DNA of 64,000 nucleotides from a virus (Duplodnaviria; Heunggongvirae; Uroviricota; Caudoviricetes): IMG/VR virus record IMGVR_UViG_2534682157_000019; one strand, 5' to 3'. Shown piece by piece: positions 20,195 to 31,178 of this stretch (position 1 is its first letter; each line of letters starts with the position of its first letter). The notes under the pieces were generated by a model. It saw only the letters and a program-made list of their open reading frames with translations, ran no database searches and was not told where the DNA came from. The position numbers and the translations under genes were made by a program.

Positions 20195-20545
20195 GATGTG
20201 TACCCTTATGTTAAATCATGTTATAAATATGTTGACATTCGGAACGCAAATGTCTTCAGGGATACTACTCATAATAACAAGGCAAATAAAATATTAAAAT
20301 CAATGGGTTAAGAAAAATTAATGATTAAAATCACAAGAATGCAATACGCATCAAAAACTTACCCTAAATAACACCAGTATTACTCAGAAAAAACAAAACA
20401 TTTTCTGTGGTTATTATTTACCATTGATAAATATTACCTCTCTCTGTCAGCCTGCATTGTATAAAACATACACTACAAACGGGTGCCATATCGGCTGAAC
20501 CTCAGCAACCAGTTGACGGGGACTTTCGTCCCCGTCGCGGTTTTC

Positions 20546-20686
20546 CTACTGCTTACACTGTAAGAACGCCGCAAACTCCGCTCCCCACAAATTCAGCCGG
20601 AACTCACACAGCGAACCGTGCAACATCCAGATAGTGAAGATAACCGTCATACAAATTGTGACGGTGATAAGCGATTTTTGCGACAT
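20546..20686 (-). CDS. hok: Hok-family type I toxin (HokA-like), 46 aa
   Basis: MSQKSLITVTICMTVIFTIWMLHGSLCEFRLNLWGAEFAAFLQCKQ resembles HokA (TM helix plus SLCE...AAFLxCK); not in the ORF track because under 60 aa. Confidence 0.6.
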   Translation of the reverse strand: MSQKSLITVTICMTVIFTIWMLHGSLCEFRLNLWGAEFAAFLQCKQ

Positions 20687-20871
20687 AGCGCTTGACTCCT
20701 TTTACAGAGAGGCGCTAACCTTCTACTTGCTTAAGGTATGATGATTAGGGCCTCGGGTTAACGTTAAGTTGACTCGGGGCCTTTCCACATCAGGCCTTCA
20801 GGTTCTCCCTCCAGCCATCAGCCGAAAGGCACCCACGCATAATTTACGGTTTTTGCCCTGTACGGGCAATA

Positions 20872-20896
20872 AAAAACCCGCCATCACAGCGGGTAG
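20872..20896 (-). terminator. Rho-independent terminator downstream of the lom-like gene
   Basis: Minus strand reads ACCCGCTGTGATGGCGGGT followed by TTTTTT. Confidence 0.5.
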
Positions 20897-20917
20897 TAAA
20901 CGGTTACCGGATACAGG

Positions 20918-21652
20918 TCAGAATTTCAGGCCAATGCCAGCAGTAACGCCACTCGTGCGCCAGTCGCCAGAGCCGGAACCTTCGTAAGCCACATCCAGTG
21001 TAACACTCTCATTCAGGTTAAACTGTGCACCTGCAGCCCACGCAAGGGAGGTTTTTTTCGTGCTGTTGCTTTCAGAAAATCCGCCACTACTGTTAATATT
21101 GTCCTTAATTTTCAGGTCAGCGCTAACTTTAGCAACGCCCATCCCTGCCATCGCATATAAACTCATGTACTGATTAACCCGCCATGAAGGCCCCGCTAAC
21201 AGACTCCAGTAATTCGCCCTGATATCCGTTCTGGCAGAAGCTGCCGGATTCTTAATCTTCCTGGTATGATCGGCTGACTGCACATCAATAAATGTCTGTG
21301 AGTTAGTGAGAGAACGCGTCCATGTAAAAGAGGTGATAACGCCAAAATCATCCGTTATCTCGTAGCGATACCTGATATTAATGCCCTGTGGATTTTTATC
21401 CTTGCCTTCATATCCACTGACCCGACCATCTGTATATTCGCCCAATGAAGAAAAGTAGTTTCTGTTGACGAAATGACTGAAAGTCTCCCTGTTATGAGCA
21501 GTCGCATCCTTTACAAAATCCTTCAGTCCCGGAAACTGAAAGTGCGCATACCCCAGAGAAATTGTATGGTTTCCTTCTGCTGCATGTGCAGATAAATTTA
21601 CACAGGCAATCCCGGAGATTGCACACACAACCAGTGTTGCTATACTCTTCAT
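20918..21652 (-). CDS. lom: Lom/Ail/OmpX-family outer-membrane beta-barrel protein
   Basis: 244 aa with signal peptide; alternating amphipathic strands and a C-terminal ...GVTAGIGLKF typical of the Ail/Lom family. Confidence 0.8.
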   Translation of the reverse strand: MKSIATLVVCAISGIACVNLSAHAAEGNHTISLGYAHFQFPGLKDFVKDATAHNRETFSHFVNRNYFSSLGEYTDGRVSGYEGKDKNPQGINIRYRYEITDDFGVITSFTWTRSLTNSQTFIDVQSADHTRKIKNPAASARTDIRANYWSLLAGPSWRVNQYMSLYAMAGMGVAKVSADLKIKDNINSSGGFSESNSTKKTSLAWAAGAQFNLNESVTLDVAYEGSGSGDWRTSGVTAGIGLKF

Positions 21653-21742
21653 TTAAGATATCCTGTATTCAGATAACACGCTAAACTTTTTAATAATACA
21701 TCTTTTTAGACATTTTAAATGAATATTAAAGACTCGCTTCAA

Positions 21743-22360
21743 CTAATCATATACTGATGTATTAATAACCAGGACCTTATCTATATACGGCTTTCGAATA
21801 TCCCATGTTGCACCACCGGAATAATGCTCACAGGAATATATTTTATTTCCTGTAGCACCAGTGGATGTGGTATAAATCGGTCGATCATAAGGAGTTCTTT
21901 TCCAGTTATAATACCCGACCAGTGCAGGCATGATTGCGCATGGATATCCAAGGTCCTTTTCAAATTTGATATCAACAGGTATTAACTTCGCGTCAAGCAG
22001 CATCATTTCGCCATGATAAATCATCTCACCGTCCGGGTTATACATGGCGATACCATACTCAGAAGGTGGAGTAACCATATTCGCGAAAGCATAAACCATC
22101 GTAACACCAGGGTTCGTTCCCCTGACAATTACATGAAGCCTTAGTGCATGATATCCATCAATCTGTTCATGCGTGTACATGACATCGGCCTTCTTCTCTG
22201 TTCTGATAAAGAAAAAACAACTTTTGCCTGACGGGATTGATGTTTTAAAAAAAGACTTTTCAGTCGCCGGTATGGTGCCTTTGTTGATCAGACACTGCGG
22301 CGTAAAACCTGGACTTATCCATACGCTGCCATCCGGCTTCATAATGCTCAAACCATACAT
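21743..22360 (-). CDS. Hypothetical protein (205 aa), paralog of the upstream 92-aa ORF
   Basis: N-terminus MYGLSIMKPDGS parallels MEYGFAIYNRNN of the adjacent ORF. Confidence 0.45.
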   Translation of the reverse strand: MYGLSIMKPDGSVWISPGFTPQCLINKGTIPATEKSFFKTSIPSGKSCFFFIRTEKKADVMYTHEQIDGYHALRLHVIVRGTNPGVTMVYAFANMVTPPSEYGIAMYNPDGEMIYHGEMMLLDAKLIPVDIKFEKDLGYPCAIMPALVGYYNWKRTPYDRPIYTTSTGATGNKIYSCEHYSGGATWDIRKPYIDKVLVINTSVYD

Positions 22361-22365
22361 GACAC

Positions 22366-22644
22366 TTATCCCCAGAATGTATAAATATAAGATCCCATAC
22401 CCTGCTCAAGATTCGACCACGTCACCGTATTGCCATTAATGGTTATCTTCGGTACTTTCCGATCCGCAAATACGTTATTCCAGGGAAATAAACAACATAC
22501 AGCCTGCAATGATTTCCCGTCGGGTTTATTCGTGTACGTCTTTGAGCCAGACTCCGCTGTAAATCTGTCCAGGAAAAATACCGGAGTCAGCACGCCCGTA
22601 ACATTAACGTTATTTCTGTTATAAATGGCAAAACCGTATTCCAA
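22366..22644 (-). CDS. Hypothetical protein (92 aa), paralog of the downstream 205-aa ORF
   Basis: Same N-terminal motif as neighbour; 5-nt gap, different frame. Confidence 0.4.
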   Translation of the reverse strand: MEYGFAIYNRNNVNVTGVLTPVFFLDRFTAESGSKTYTNKPDGKSLQAVCCLFPWNNVFADRKVPKITINGNTVTWSNLEQGMGSYIYTFWG

Positions 22645-22658
22645 TACTCACCTCCTGA

Positions 22659-23927
22659 TCAGCGTAATCTGCCTATGCGAACAGCCAGTCGTCCATTCTG
22701 ATCATAAACCTCAATTTTATCATTGCGGATCACCAGTCCTACATTCTGATTAGAGTAACGAATTGTCAGTTGCCCTTGTGACGTAACACTGAAAAGGCCT
22801 CCAATATTCAGGTTACCCTGAGAATCAACCTGAAAGTTTCCGTTCTGAATAACGGCACTCCGGATAACTGGCGAAGTGATACTTACCCCGGCTTTTACCT
22901 CATCCGCCACAACCTTCCGCGACACCAGTGTTTCAATCACCGCGTCATAAATCATCGCTTTCGGGATCACAACCTTGCCACCTGATACCGCAAACGGATA
23001 GGCGGTGTTATCCGGGTTGTTCGGGTCAAAGACAAACAACTGCGACGCAGAAATTGCAACCTGACTTACAGGCCTGCCTTCACTGTCTTTTCCGGCGACA
23101 ATCCCGATCCCCGCAGTGATACCATCAACTCCCGCTTTTTTTGACCACATTGCCAGAAACGCCTCACCGCCTTCTTTATCCAGTTTAGTGATGCGCTTGT
23201 CGACCTCATTAAGCGATTCACTGGTTGATGAATCCAGTGTGCTAATGCGGGTTTCAATACCACCAATCGTTCTTGTCGTTTCTTCCCTGAGAGTCCCCAC
23301 AACTTCGGTTGTCTTAATTGCAGCATCCTTTACAGCCTGCCCCTGCGCGTTTTTTATTTCTTTACGCAGCTCGGACACAACCGGCGACTTTGCAGCCTCA
23401 TCGCGGATCTGGTCAATGATGGCCTTCACGCCGATCTGTGTTTGTGCCTGAGTGCCTTTTTCAGCATTCCATGGACCTTTCACTCCTGCCGCGTTAACAA
23501 AACGTATCCAGTAAAATCCCGACCAGCCAGGGTCAACCGGATCGCCGTAAACCTGCCCCGGCGTCGTGGCAACCAGCACTGCATCAGCAAGGTCATCCTC
23601 CGTACCCCGCCAGATTTCAGTCAGTGAATGTCCGCGATAATTAGGCATATCCCATTCAAGAAGAACCGAGCCAAATCCTCCTGTCGCCTTAAAATTCAGC
23701 GGTTTTGTGGGAAAATCAACAGTCATTAAAGTACTGTCAATCTCAATACCCGGATTCAGTGCATATGAGGCACCACCCGATGTTCGACGCCGGGCGAGTT
23801 TAAGACCAACCAGTTCCTCACGGGTCACAAATGCGTGGCGTCCGTCACCACGCTGCCCGGTGCCAATTTCCATGTTCTCCACAACTGTGGATAAATCCTT
23901 CCCCGCACGCCACGGTTTTCTGGTCAT
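22659..23927 (-). CDS. Tail protein (host-specificity/J-like C-terminal region)
   Basis: 422 aa; position between tail genes and lom; resembles C-terminal parts of lambdoid host-specificity proteins. Confidence 0.5.
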   Translation of the reverse strand: MTRKPWRAGKDLSTVVENMEIGTGQRGDGRHAFVTREELVGLKLARRRTSGGASYALNPGIEIDSTLMTVDFPTKPLNFKATGGFGSVLLEWDMPNYRGHSLTEIWRGTEDDLADAVLVATTPGQVYGDPVDPGWSGFYWIRFVNAAGVKGPWNAEKGTQAQTQIGVKAIIDQIRDEAAKSPVVSELRKEIKNAQGQAVKDAAIKTTEVVGTLREETTRTIGGIETRISTLDSSTSESLNEVDKRITKLDKEGGEAFLAMWSKKAGVDGITAGIGIVAGKDSEGRPVSQVAISASQLFVFDPNNPDNTAYPFAVSGGKVVIPKAMIYDAVIETLVSRKVVADEVKAGVSITSPVIRSAVIQNGNFQVDSQGNLNIGGLFSVTSQGQLTIRYSNQNVGLVIRNDKIEVYDQNGRLAVRIGRLR

Positions 23928-25615
23928 ACCGGCATCTCCGACATCGATGTACTCAGGGTTATTCGTTCCACCTGCCCGAATCCGGATACCATCACCTGCC
24001 AGTTTTGCCCGGTTGCTGCCGGAAGTCTCACCACACTTCCCTTAAACGTACCCGGCGCAAAATGAATCACAGGAACATCATCAGCCATAATGGTGATCCC
24101 CACCCGCTCAGGCGCCGGAGATTTCACCCTGATACAGGAAAAAGAGGTTCTTTCAGGTAATGAAAAAATTTTTGAATGCCACCTTATCGTGGAGGGCAGA
24201 GAGCTCCCGGCAAGCACTGACATTTTGTCTCCTGTCACCACGCGCATCATATCTTTCGCGAGATCAACCCATGCGCAGTCAAACGGTGTACTGAGATAAC
24301 GGATATCCATGTTCACCGGACTGAATACAAACACATCCTGCTTACCATCCGGTTTCGTGTAACAGGCAATGTACTCACCACGCCAGGAATAAGCCACAAT
24401 GGACGCCGGGTTAAACTGACTCTGCCACTGTTCAGGTGAAATAATCTTTTCCGTTGCCAGTGCTGTATTACCGTTTACATCAACAGATACCAGACCGTTT
24501 GTCCCAGCATAGAGTACGAATCCCTCCATCGCCACCATACTTCTTCGGCTCAGGCATGCCTGCATGGAAGGAATTCTGGAGCCAGAAATTGTGGAAGGCG
24601 ATACCCCACTGAACAGATAGGGCTCCCCCTTTGTCGCCACCACCAGTGACGTTCCCAGCGGACAGATAGCCACAATATCTTCTGCCGTCGTGTGACGATT
24701 CACTTCCGGCCATGCATACGGCAGATACGCTTCCGAAAACATCACTTCATTACCGGCAAACCCGGCGGCAATACCATTAGCCATCAGGCAAAGGCCTGTC
24801 ATATTCTCTGGCGGCGGCAGGTAATCCCATGTCGCCAGAGAAGGTCCAAGGTTTTTCCCCGGTATTTTGTCCGTGTAACTGAGCACGGATGCATCCAGTT
24901 CAGCCACAAGTAAAAAATCCGCTTCTCCTCCACCTGATGCAGAGCGATAAATCCGGCGGCGTTTAATACTGGCATTCTGCAATGGCACCGGAGACAGCGT
25001 CAGCTGTACCGCAGTCCCCGGAGTACGGAGTGTTACCTCCAGAGACGCCGGACCTGGCGGACCTTCTTCACCATAATCTGAGACAAAGGTTTCCGTATAA
25101 AACCGGGTTTCGTCATCATTCGGGTTATCGTCAGAAACATCACCGCCCTGCTGAACAGTACAGACAGGTGCTGTCGTCGGCGCGGGGATCCCCAGACGAT
25201 ACGATGATGTCGGGTGATTCCCGTCCCCTTTTGTGGCAATGGTCGCATCCGTCACTTTAGGAAAACGCCCGTCAGTGTAGTAAATACGCCCGTGGGAGTC
25301 CTGAGCGACCGGACTGCGGATCACATCCACCACATCCGTCCATGCAAACCAGAAATCGTCACGGTAATGAAAAATGGTTTTCGGCTTAATCGCGAATGTT
25401 TTCTCAGCCTCTGACATCTGGTGTTCAGGCGTGATCACTCCATAGCGAAAATGACAGTTTTCTGCCAGTACAGCAGAATGATCTGGCAGCATAGATGCAA
25501 TAACGCCTGGCATCATCCCGCGCATAGTTGTTATATCGATATAAGGCATGGTTGTCTGGTATCCGAAAATTTGAATGGCAGGTGAGTCACTGAATTGAAG
25601 TTTTAAAGGCGGCAT
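23924..25615 (-). CDS. Tail tip/baseplate-like structural protein (563 aa)
   Basis: ORF in tail module, overlaps downstream start (ATGA). Confidence 0.5.
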   Translation of the reverse strand: MPPLKLQFSDSPAIQIFGYQTTMPYIDITTMRGMMPGVIASMLPDHSAVLAENCHFRYGVITPEHQMSEAEKTFAIKPKTIFHYRDDFWFAWTDVVDVIRSPVAQDSHGRIYYTDGRFPKVTDATIATKGDGNHPTSSYRLGIPAPTTAPVCTVQQGGDVSDDNPNDDETRFYTETFVSDYGEEGPPGPASLEVTLRTPGTAVQLTLSPVPLQNASIKRRRIYRSASGGGEADFLLVAELDASVLSYTDKIPGKNLGPSLATWDYLPPPENMTGLCLMANGIAAGFAGNEVMFSEAYLPYAWPEVNRHTTAEDIVAICPLGTSLVVATKGEPYLFSGVSPSTISGSRIPSMQACLSRRSMVAMEGFVLYAGTNGLVSVDVNGNTALATEKIISPEQWQSQFNPASIVAYSWRGEYIACYTKPDGKQDVFVFSPVNMDIRYLSTPFDCAWVDLAKDMMRVVTGDKMSVLAGSSLPSTIRWHSKIFSLPERTSFSCIRVKSPAPERVGITIMADDVPVIHFAPGTFKGSVVRLPAATGQNWQVMVSGFGQVERITLSTSMSEMPV

Positions 25616-26086
25616 ACAATTGCGCCTGTGCAGAATACAGATTTCCAGAAATCTGAAAAATTACTCTTATCAGAGAAGAGCGTCAGAAACACGATCGGCA
25701 TCACTGTTTCTGCAAACTTCCCTGTGGCAGTCTTTATTCGCCATATAACGTAGCACTAAAGGTCTTCATTAATTTTTCCATTGTAGTTACTCCTTCCTTG
25801 TACCGGGGGTTGGTCATGCCCCCGTTTTTTATTCCCTCTGCTCCTTTAATCGCACTGCCAGGCGCCACAACACACATCAACTGTGGCTGGTATGGAAACA
25901 CCAAAAACTCTCACTTCCGGAAATCTGAAAAATTATCCATATCAACAGGATGCGCCGGAAACATGATTTCCATCACATCCAGGCCTGCACTTTCCGTGAC
26001 AGTATTTATTCGCATAGTAAATACTTCACAAGTGTATAATTGACTCAGTTCATGGGGGAGGTGATGGTCCCCCATCTTTTTGTCTG

Positions 26087-26761
26087 TTATTCCTGTGCCC
26101 AGCCAACCCTGTATGCCAGTATCTCATCCGCACTGGTCAGCTTTTCCAGCACTTTCTTCATGGTGCGCTGCCGGACGTGGATTTCCATCCCTTTGGTGAA
26201 CATCGCCTGCTCTGCCGCTTCACTCAGCGCTATAAGCTCTTCTGCTGTCACTTCCACATCATTGTTTTCCGCATCCGTCCAGAAAAACGCCTCCGGCAGT
26301 TTCCCCGCTTTCGCTGCAGCCACCGACGGCTCAAGACGCGTCTGCGTTGACTTCCCGTAGTCCCATTTACGCCCATTGTGCTCAAACGTGTAGTTCGCCG
26401 CTTCCATCGCATTACGCCAGGCGTTAATTTCATCGCCCTTCATCCCGCGCGCTTTCTCCGCGGTCAGCAGGTCCGTGATTTTCTCCCCGTCAAAGCCCCA
26501 GCGCCCGCTCAGGTCAATTTTCCGGCTCTCCGGGGTATCCGGCACTTCTGCCACACTCTGGTTCACCGGCCACAACAAGGCAGTCTCCTTACCGTATCCC
26601 GTAATCACACCCCGGCTGTCATACACCACCTTCAGCGTCTCCGGCGAAAACAACGCCTGACACTCATACCAGTCCTGACCATCCTCAGACTTCAGGTACA
26701 TCGCGCCTGCAACATCCGGCTCTGCCGGGGTGTAATACGAAAAATTTCTGATATGCATCAT
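26087..26761 (-). CDS. Tail fibre assembly (Tfa-like) protein
   Basis: 224 aa directly downstream of the side tail fibre gene, the usual Stf-Tfa arrangement. Confidence 0.5.
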   Translation of the reverse strand: MMHIRNFSYYTPAEPDVAGAMYLKSEDGQDWYECQALFSPETLKVVYDSRGVITGYGKETALLWPVNQSVAEVPDTPESRKIDLSGRWGFDGEKITDLLTAEKARGMKGDEINAWRNAMEAANYTFEHNGRKWDYGKSTQTRLEPSVAAAKAGKLPEAFFWTDAENNDVEVTAEELIALSEAAEQAMFTKGMEIHVRQRTMKKVLEKLTSADEILAYRVGWAQE

Positions 26762-26982
26762 GTTTCCGTGCCCTCCTCCGATACCGGCACCCAGACCGGC
26801 ATTTTTTCCGCACCGACGCCCCGCTTCATACCTGCCGGTGCAGCATCCGCTGCAAAGACTTTATACACCACATAATCCACCACAATACCGTCTTCCGGCC
26901 AGCGCCCTGCTGCCTCATAAACCGGCCGCAGGGACAGGGGATAAAACATATTCTCTGACGGTGAAAAAACATACTGTTCCAT
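26758..26982 (-). CDS. Small hypothetical protein (74 aa)
   Basis: ORF coupled to the downstream Tfa-like gene. Confidence 0.3.
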   Translation of the reverse strand: MEQYVFSPSENMFYPLSLRPVYEAAGRWPEDGIVVDYVVYKVFAADAAPAGMKRGVGAEKMPVWVPVSEEGTET

Positions 26983-26991
26983 ACAATGCCC

Positions 26992-29029
26992 TCAGTATCC
27001 GATCGCTTCCCATGAAAACTTGCCGTAGCATCCCCTGACTGTTATCAGAGTCACAGACACTAATGACGGATTCGACAGGGTATACATCTTAATGACGTTG
27101 GGGTCTCCCACTGCAGACACCTGAGCATTCAGAGCAGCAACCGGAAAAGCGACAGGAAAACGGATAGAGTGTTGTGTCATAAGCTTACCATCATCCTCAC
27201 TTACCTCAATACTGCCCCATTGCCGCAAACGACCGGTTACTTCATCACGCTCCCAGCCATTTACTGTCAGGCTTGCTGTTGTGGGCTTGTTTTTTGTGCT
27301 GTAATCCACCCGCCAGTGAAAACGTTGTGTGTCTCCGTAAACTGTACAGGTACAGACCGTGCCGTTCAGAAAACCATCGCCACCGTATTCGCCGATGGTG
27401 ACCCGGACTATGGCTGCGTTATACGTCCCCATCACCTCAATGGCGCAGCCTCCCAGATTGAGTTTTCCCGGTCCGACATCCGTGATGACCTTATTAAATT
27501 CCGCAAGCAGTGATGCCTTCATCATCCAGTAAGGCTGGTCAAATGCCCCCTTTTCTTTCAGCCAGGCCACAAACTCACTCGTGGTCCATTCACCGGCCCC
27601 CGTATGAATGTCCCGCCCGTATACTCTGGCTGCTCCCACGGTGTTCAGAAACTTCACCTTATCCGGGATATCGTCACCGTTTTTCGCTTTCTCCAGGCAT
27701 CCGTCCGCTTTGTCCATTGCCGCTTTCACCGCTTTCGGGGTGGCTGCCTTCGTTTCATCATCACTGTCCGTTGCGCTGCTTAACTGCACAATTCCCTTCT
27801 GTGCCGTCGTCGCATCAGCCACATTTGCAGCGCTGCCTGCCGGACCTGGCTCTCCACGAGGTCCCTGACGGTCCGGTCTCTCCTCGTTCGCCTCTCGGAC
27901 CTGCAGGACCAGGTTCACCTCGGGGGCCAGTCTCCCCACGCTCACCTCGTGCTCCCATCGGACCCTGTGGTCCGGCTTCTCCTCGTTCACCTTTAGGACC
28001 TTGCGGGCCTGCAGGACCTCCCGGATCACCTTTCTCGCCTTTTGGCCCCATATCCCCCTGGTCCCCTTTAGGCCCCCGCTCTCCGGTATCCCCCTTCAGG
28101 CCTGGTATTCCCTGCGGTCCTCGCTCCCCCTGTTCGCCCTTCTCACCACGCGGACCAGCGGGCCCTACAGCCCCCTGAGCACCAACGTCACCACGCTCAC
28201 CTTTCGGCCCTGCGGGCCCTTGAGGGCCCACTGGACCTGTTTCGCCTTTAGGACCGACATCCCCCTTCGGACCAGTTTCTCCCTGAGGCCCCCGGGGCCC
28301 CCGTGCATTCTCAGCCATACGTCTGGCCTCTTCAGCACTGACAGTGGCAGCCTCTGCCCGCTTAAGGATCTCTCCGGCGCTCTCCTGCGCCAGCCTGGCC
28401 TTTTCAGCATGCTGTCTGGCTTTTTCTGCATCAGCTCCGGCGGCTTTTTCAGACTCTCCGGCACGGGTCGAGCTTTCCTCTGCATTCCCCGCTGCTGTGA
28501 TTGCACGGGTCGCGGCCTCAGTGGCATCAGTCGCTTTTTGTCCGGCTTCAGCCGCCCTGCTGGTTGCCGTCTTTGCACTGTCAGATGCACTCTTCGCACT
28601 GGCTGCTGCACTTTCTTTTGACTGTGTGGCCTGAGTGTTTTTTGTCGCCGTGTCTTCATTCAGGCGACGAATAGTAGCAAGGTCATCAGCCACATTATTC
28701 TGTATCTGCCGGAAATCTGTCAGCAGCTCTCCGGGTATGCTCACCTCAACAAGACTGCGGCGTAACAGCATATTGAGCGTCACCGTACTTTCGGTCCCCT
28801 CAATACGCACACGTCCGTAGACAGCAGTCTTCCCTTTCACCGTCACCGAAACCGCATACTCCCCCGGATCCATCGTCATTCCGTAATATCCACCTTCACG
28901 GGTCACTGCCGACGCACTGGTGCCGCTGAGCGCATCCGGTGAAACTGTCAGCGCCGTCAGGGTAATATTTGCTCCTGATATCGCCTCACCATCAGGAGAT
29001 TTCAGCGTCCCCGAAACAACAACACTCAC
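26992..29029 (-). CDS. Side tail fibre with collagen-like G-X-Y repeats; apparent +1 frameshift near 27863-27865
   Basis: N-terminal ORF (27815-29029) carries about 45 G-X-Y triplets and ends 5 codons after the repeat leaves frame; the overlapping ORF (26992-28029) continues G-X-Y in the other frame and holds the tail-fibre motif [30 protein letters not shown]. Removing one G from the GGG at the junction joins them. Confidence 0.6.
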
Positions 29030-29676
29030 ACTCCACCTCCGTTAAACACTTTTTTACGGGCAGACAATGCACTGTCTGCCCCCTGTTTGATCCCAAGTTG
29101 CTCAACAAAACTCTGATAATGCTGCGCAGCCAGCCCCGATTCTGCACCACCGGCAGCATCCTTACTGAAAGCACGAAACAACATCCAGTCCACCAGTGGG
29201 TTAACATAAGCCTCTTCCAGTGGAACTGGCGTATCATCGTCCTGCGTCAGAACATACACTGCCTCCGGTATCCGGCTTACCACTGCATCAATACTTATCT
29301 CTTTGTCAGGGACAGGAAACAGCCAGAATACGCGCGGGGACAGGTCGTTGCTGATAAAGCATTCCGGTTTTCCCCTCAGCATGTGCCAGTCGGGATACTG
29401 TGCATCAAGCACCTCCCGGGATACTGGTTTAATCGCACTGCCATCGCTGAGGCATATCACGTCAAGAAGCTGTATTGCGCCATCAGGTAAAGTCTGGCGT
29501 GCGCCAGGGACACAACTGAGCGTTTCCAGGCTTGCGCCTGCATCCGGCCTTGCCAGAATCACCGCCCGCACAGCATCATTGTAATAATCACACAGCTCAG
29601 CCAGAGGCCAGCGCACCATCATCGGGTCAACCAGTTGTGTATTCACACGTCCGATGATTTCTGTAATCGTCGTCAT
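29026..29676 (-). CDS. Hypothetical head-tail structural protein (216 aa)
   Basis: ORF in morphogenesis operon. Confidence 0.45.
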   Translation of the reverse strand: MTTITEIIGRVNTQLVDPMMVRWPLAELCDYYNDAVRAVILARPDAGASLETLSCVPGARQTLPDGAIQLLDVICLSDGSAIKPVSREVLDAQYPDWHMLRGKPECFISNDLSPRVFWLFPVPDKEISIDAVVSRIPEAVYVLTQDDDTPVPLEEAYVNPLVDWMLFRAFSKDAAGGAESGLAAQHYQSFVEQLGIKQGADSALSARKKVFNGGGV

Positions 29677-30239
29677 CAGTAAAACCTCTGCCTGCGTACA
29701 GGGTTGCGGTATGAAGAGTACGGGCTTGTCGCCAGTGTATGACGATATGCCCGACGGATCCCCTCAGAAAACTGCACAGAAAAATACTGTGCGCGTGACG
29801 GATCTGACCATGAAACACCAGTCTGCATGAACAACCGCTCAAGTGCCCCCGCAGCCACTTCTTCAGGCCATGTGAGGAGTTCATCCGGTATCTGGCTGCG
29901 TCCGGCTTTCGGAGCGACGGCATAAAGCACGCTCACCTCACCGGGAGAACAGGCAAATCGCAGGGAGCGTCCGGAGCTGATATCCACATCCCGACCGACA
30001 AAAAGCTCATGATTATCGTCAGAGATACGGATGATATGAACGCACTCCTCATCATCTTTGTCATACGGAAGCACGATTTCTTTTCCTGCTACTGGTACAA
30101 CAGTAACCTCCCGACGGCACACCAGCGACTGACGGCTGAATGCCACGGCAGCCATTGACAGAGCATCCGTCATCATAATGTTCAGTGGACCGCTGATCTG
30201 ACGACGGACATACGGTAAAAAATCACTCAGTTCCGCCAT
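29676..30239 (-). CDS. Hypothetical structural protein (about 187 aa)
   Basis: Start trimmed to ATG 30239. Confidence 0.45.
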   Translation of the reverse strand: MAELSDFLPYVRRQISGPLNIMMTDALSMAAVAFSRQSLVCRREVTVVPVAGKEIVLPYDKDDEECVHIIRISDDNHELFVGRDVDISSGRSLRFACSPGEVSVLYAVAPKAGRSQIPDELLTWPEEVAAGALERLFMQTGVSWSDPSRAQYFSVQFSEGIRRAYRHTLATSPYSSYRNPVRRQRFY

Positions 30240-30684
30240 GCTGTTCAGTCTCCGCAACACGACGGCGAAATGCCTCACGCACCCGGATACGGAATGCCTC
30301 AGCCGTTTCTTTCGGATCTTTGTGAATATCCAGCTCTTCTGCCTCACACAGCGTCGCCAGCCGTGCTGAGGTGAGCTTACTTAAATCCACCTCCTGCCCG
30401 TTAACAGAAACAACAAAACTGTTCTCCGCTTCTGCCCGCGCAGCAAGCACTCTTTCCTGCGCCTGCTGTGCCTGCCGCAACTGCTCATTCTGTTGTTGCT
30501 TTTTCAGAACATCATCAAGCTCTTCATGACGAACCCAGACATCCGGAAACCCCAGCAGTTGCCAGGCCATCGCACTGTCAACATGCACCGGCTCAAGACG
30601 TGGGAACAATGTGCGGCTTCCGGTAATGGTGTCCTTTTTCACGGGTTTTGGGCCGATATAGACAACGGCAATTTTCTCACTCAT
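30223..30684 (-). CDS. Hypothetical structural protein (153 aa)
   Basis: Start trimmed to ATG 30684 (MSEKIAVVY...). Confidence 0.45.
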   Translation of the reverse strand: MSEKIAVVYIGPKPVKKDTITGSRTLFPRLEPVHVDSAMAWQLLGFPDVWVRHEELDDVLKKQQQNEQLRQAQQAQERVLAARAEAENSFVVSVNGQEVDLSKLTSARLATLCEAEELDIHKDPKETAEAFRIRVREAFRRRVAETEQHGGTE

Positions 30685-30733
30685 ATAATTCCCCGGATAA
30701 AAAGCCCGCATGACGCGGGCCGGAAGGTTTTAA

Positions 30734-31123
30734 TCAGTATCCCACCACGGTATAACGCAGCAGAACATTCAGGGTGCCGGTTGCAGCGGCAGTCTTAATG
30801 GTGACAGTAACCAGCTCCCCGTCACGCTGTGTGGTGTACGGCTCCACTGGCACATATCTGGCAAATTTTGCAGAAACAGCTTCGCTGTTATCGATGAGAG
30901 CATGCTCACCGGACTTAATGCTGACGGTTGCAGTACCCAGACCACCCGTTGAAACCAGCTGGAGTGAGTTGATACGGATGCCCACTGGCAGTGAGAGAAG
31001 ATGAATAACACTGTCCGCTTCCGCAGCATTCACCGTAAATACGCCTTCTGCCACCGACTCATTACCGTGCGTACCCGTATAGACCCGTTCACTCAGTGAC
31101 GGGGCAAGGATAGTCTTTGCCAT
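30734..31123 (-). CDS. Hypothetical head-associated protein (129 aa)
   Basis: ORF immediately downstream of the capsid gene. Confidence 0.45.
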   Translation of the reverse strand: MAKTILAPSLSERVYTGTHGNESVAEGVFTVNAAEADSVIHLLSLPVGIRINSLQLVSTGGLGTATVSIKSGEHALIDNSEAVSAKFARYVPVEPYTTQRDGELVTVTIKTAAATGTLNVLLRYTVVGY

Positions 31124-31178
31124 AATTAATGACTCCTGAAAAAGCCGGGCGAAAACCCGGCATGGGGAAAGGAAAAAA

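Noticed and set aside
27850-28330. Regularly spaced short repeats that could be mistaken for a CRISPR array
   Set aside because: These are 9-bp coding G-X-Y triplet repeats inside a tail-fibre ORF; there are no unique spacers or conserved direct repeats of CRISPR length and no cas genes.
27510-28621. Plus-strand ORFs of 206-222 aa rich in Pro/Ser/Gly opposite the tail-fibre gene
   Set aside because: They are antisense to the collagen-like G-X-Y repeat array, where the repeat composition removes stop codons in several frames; no SD or start context.
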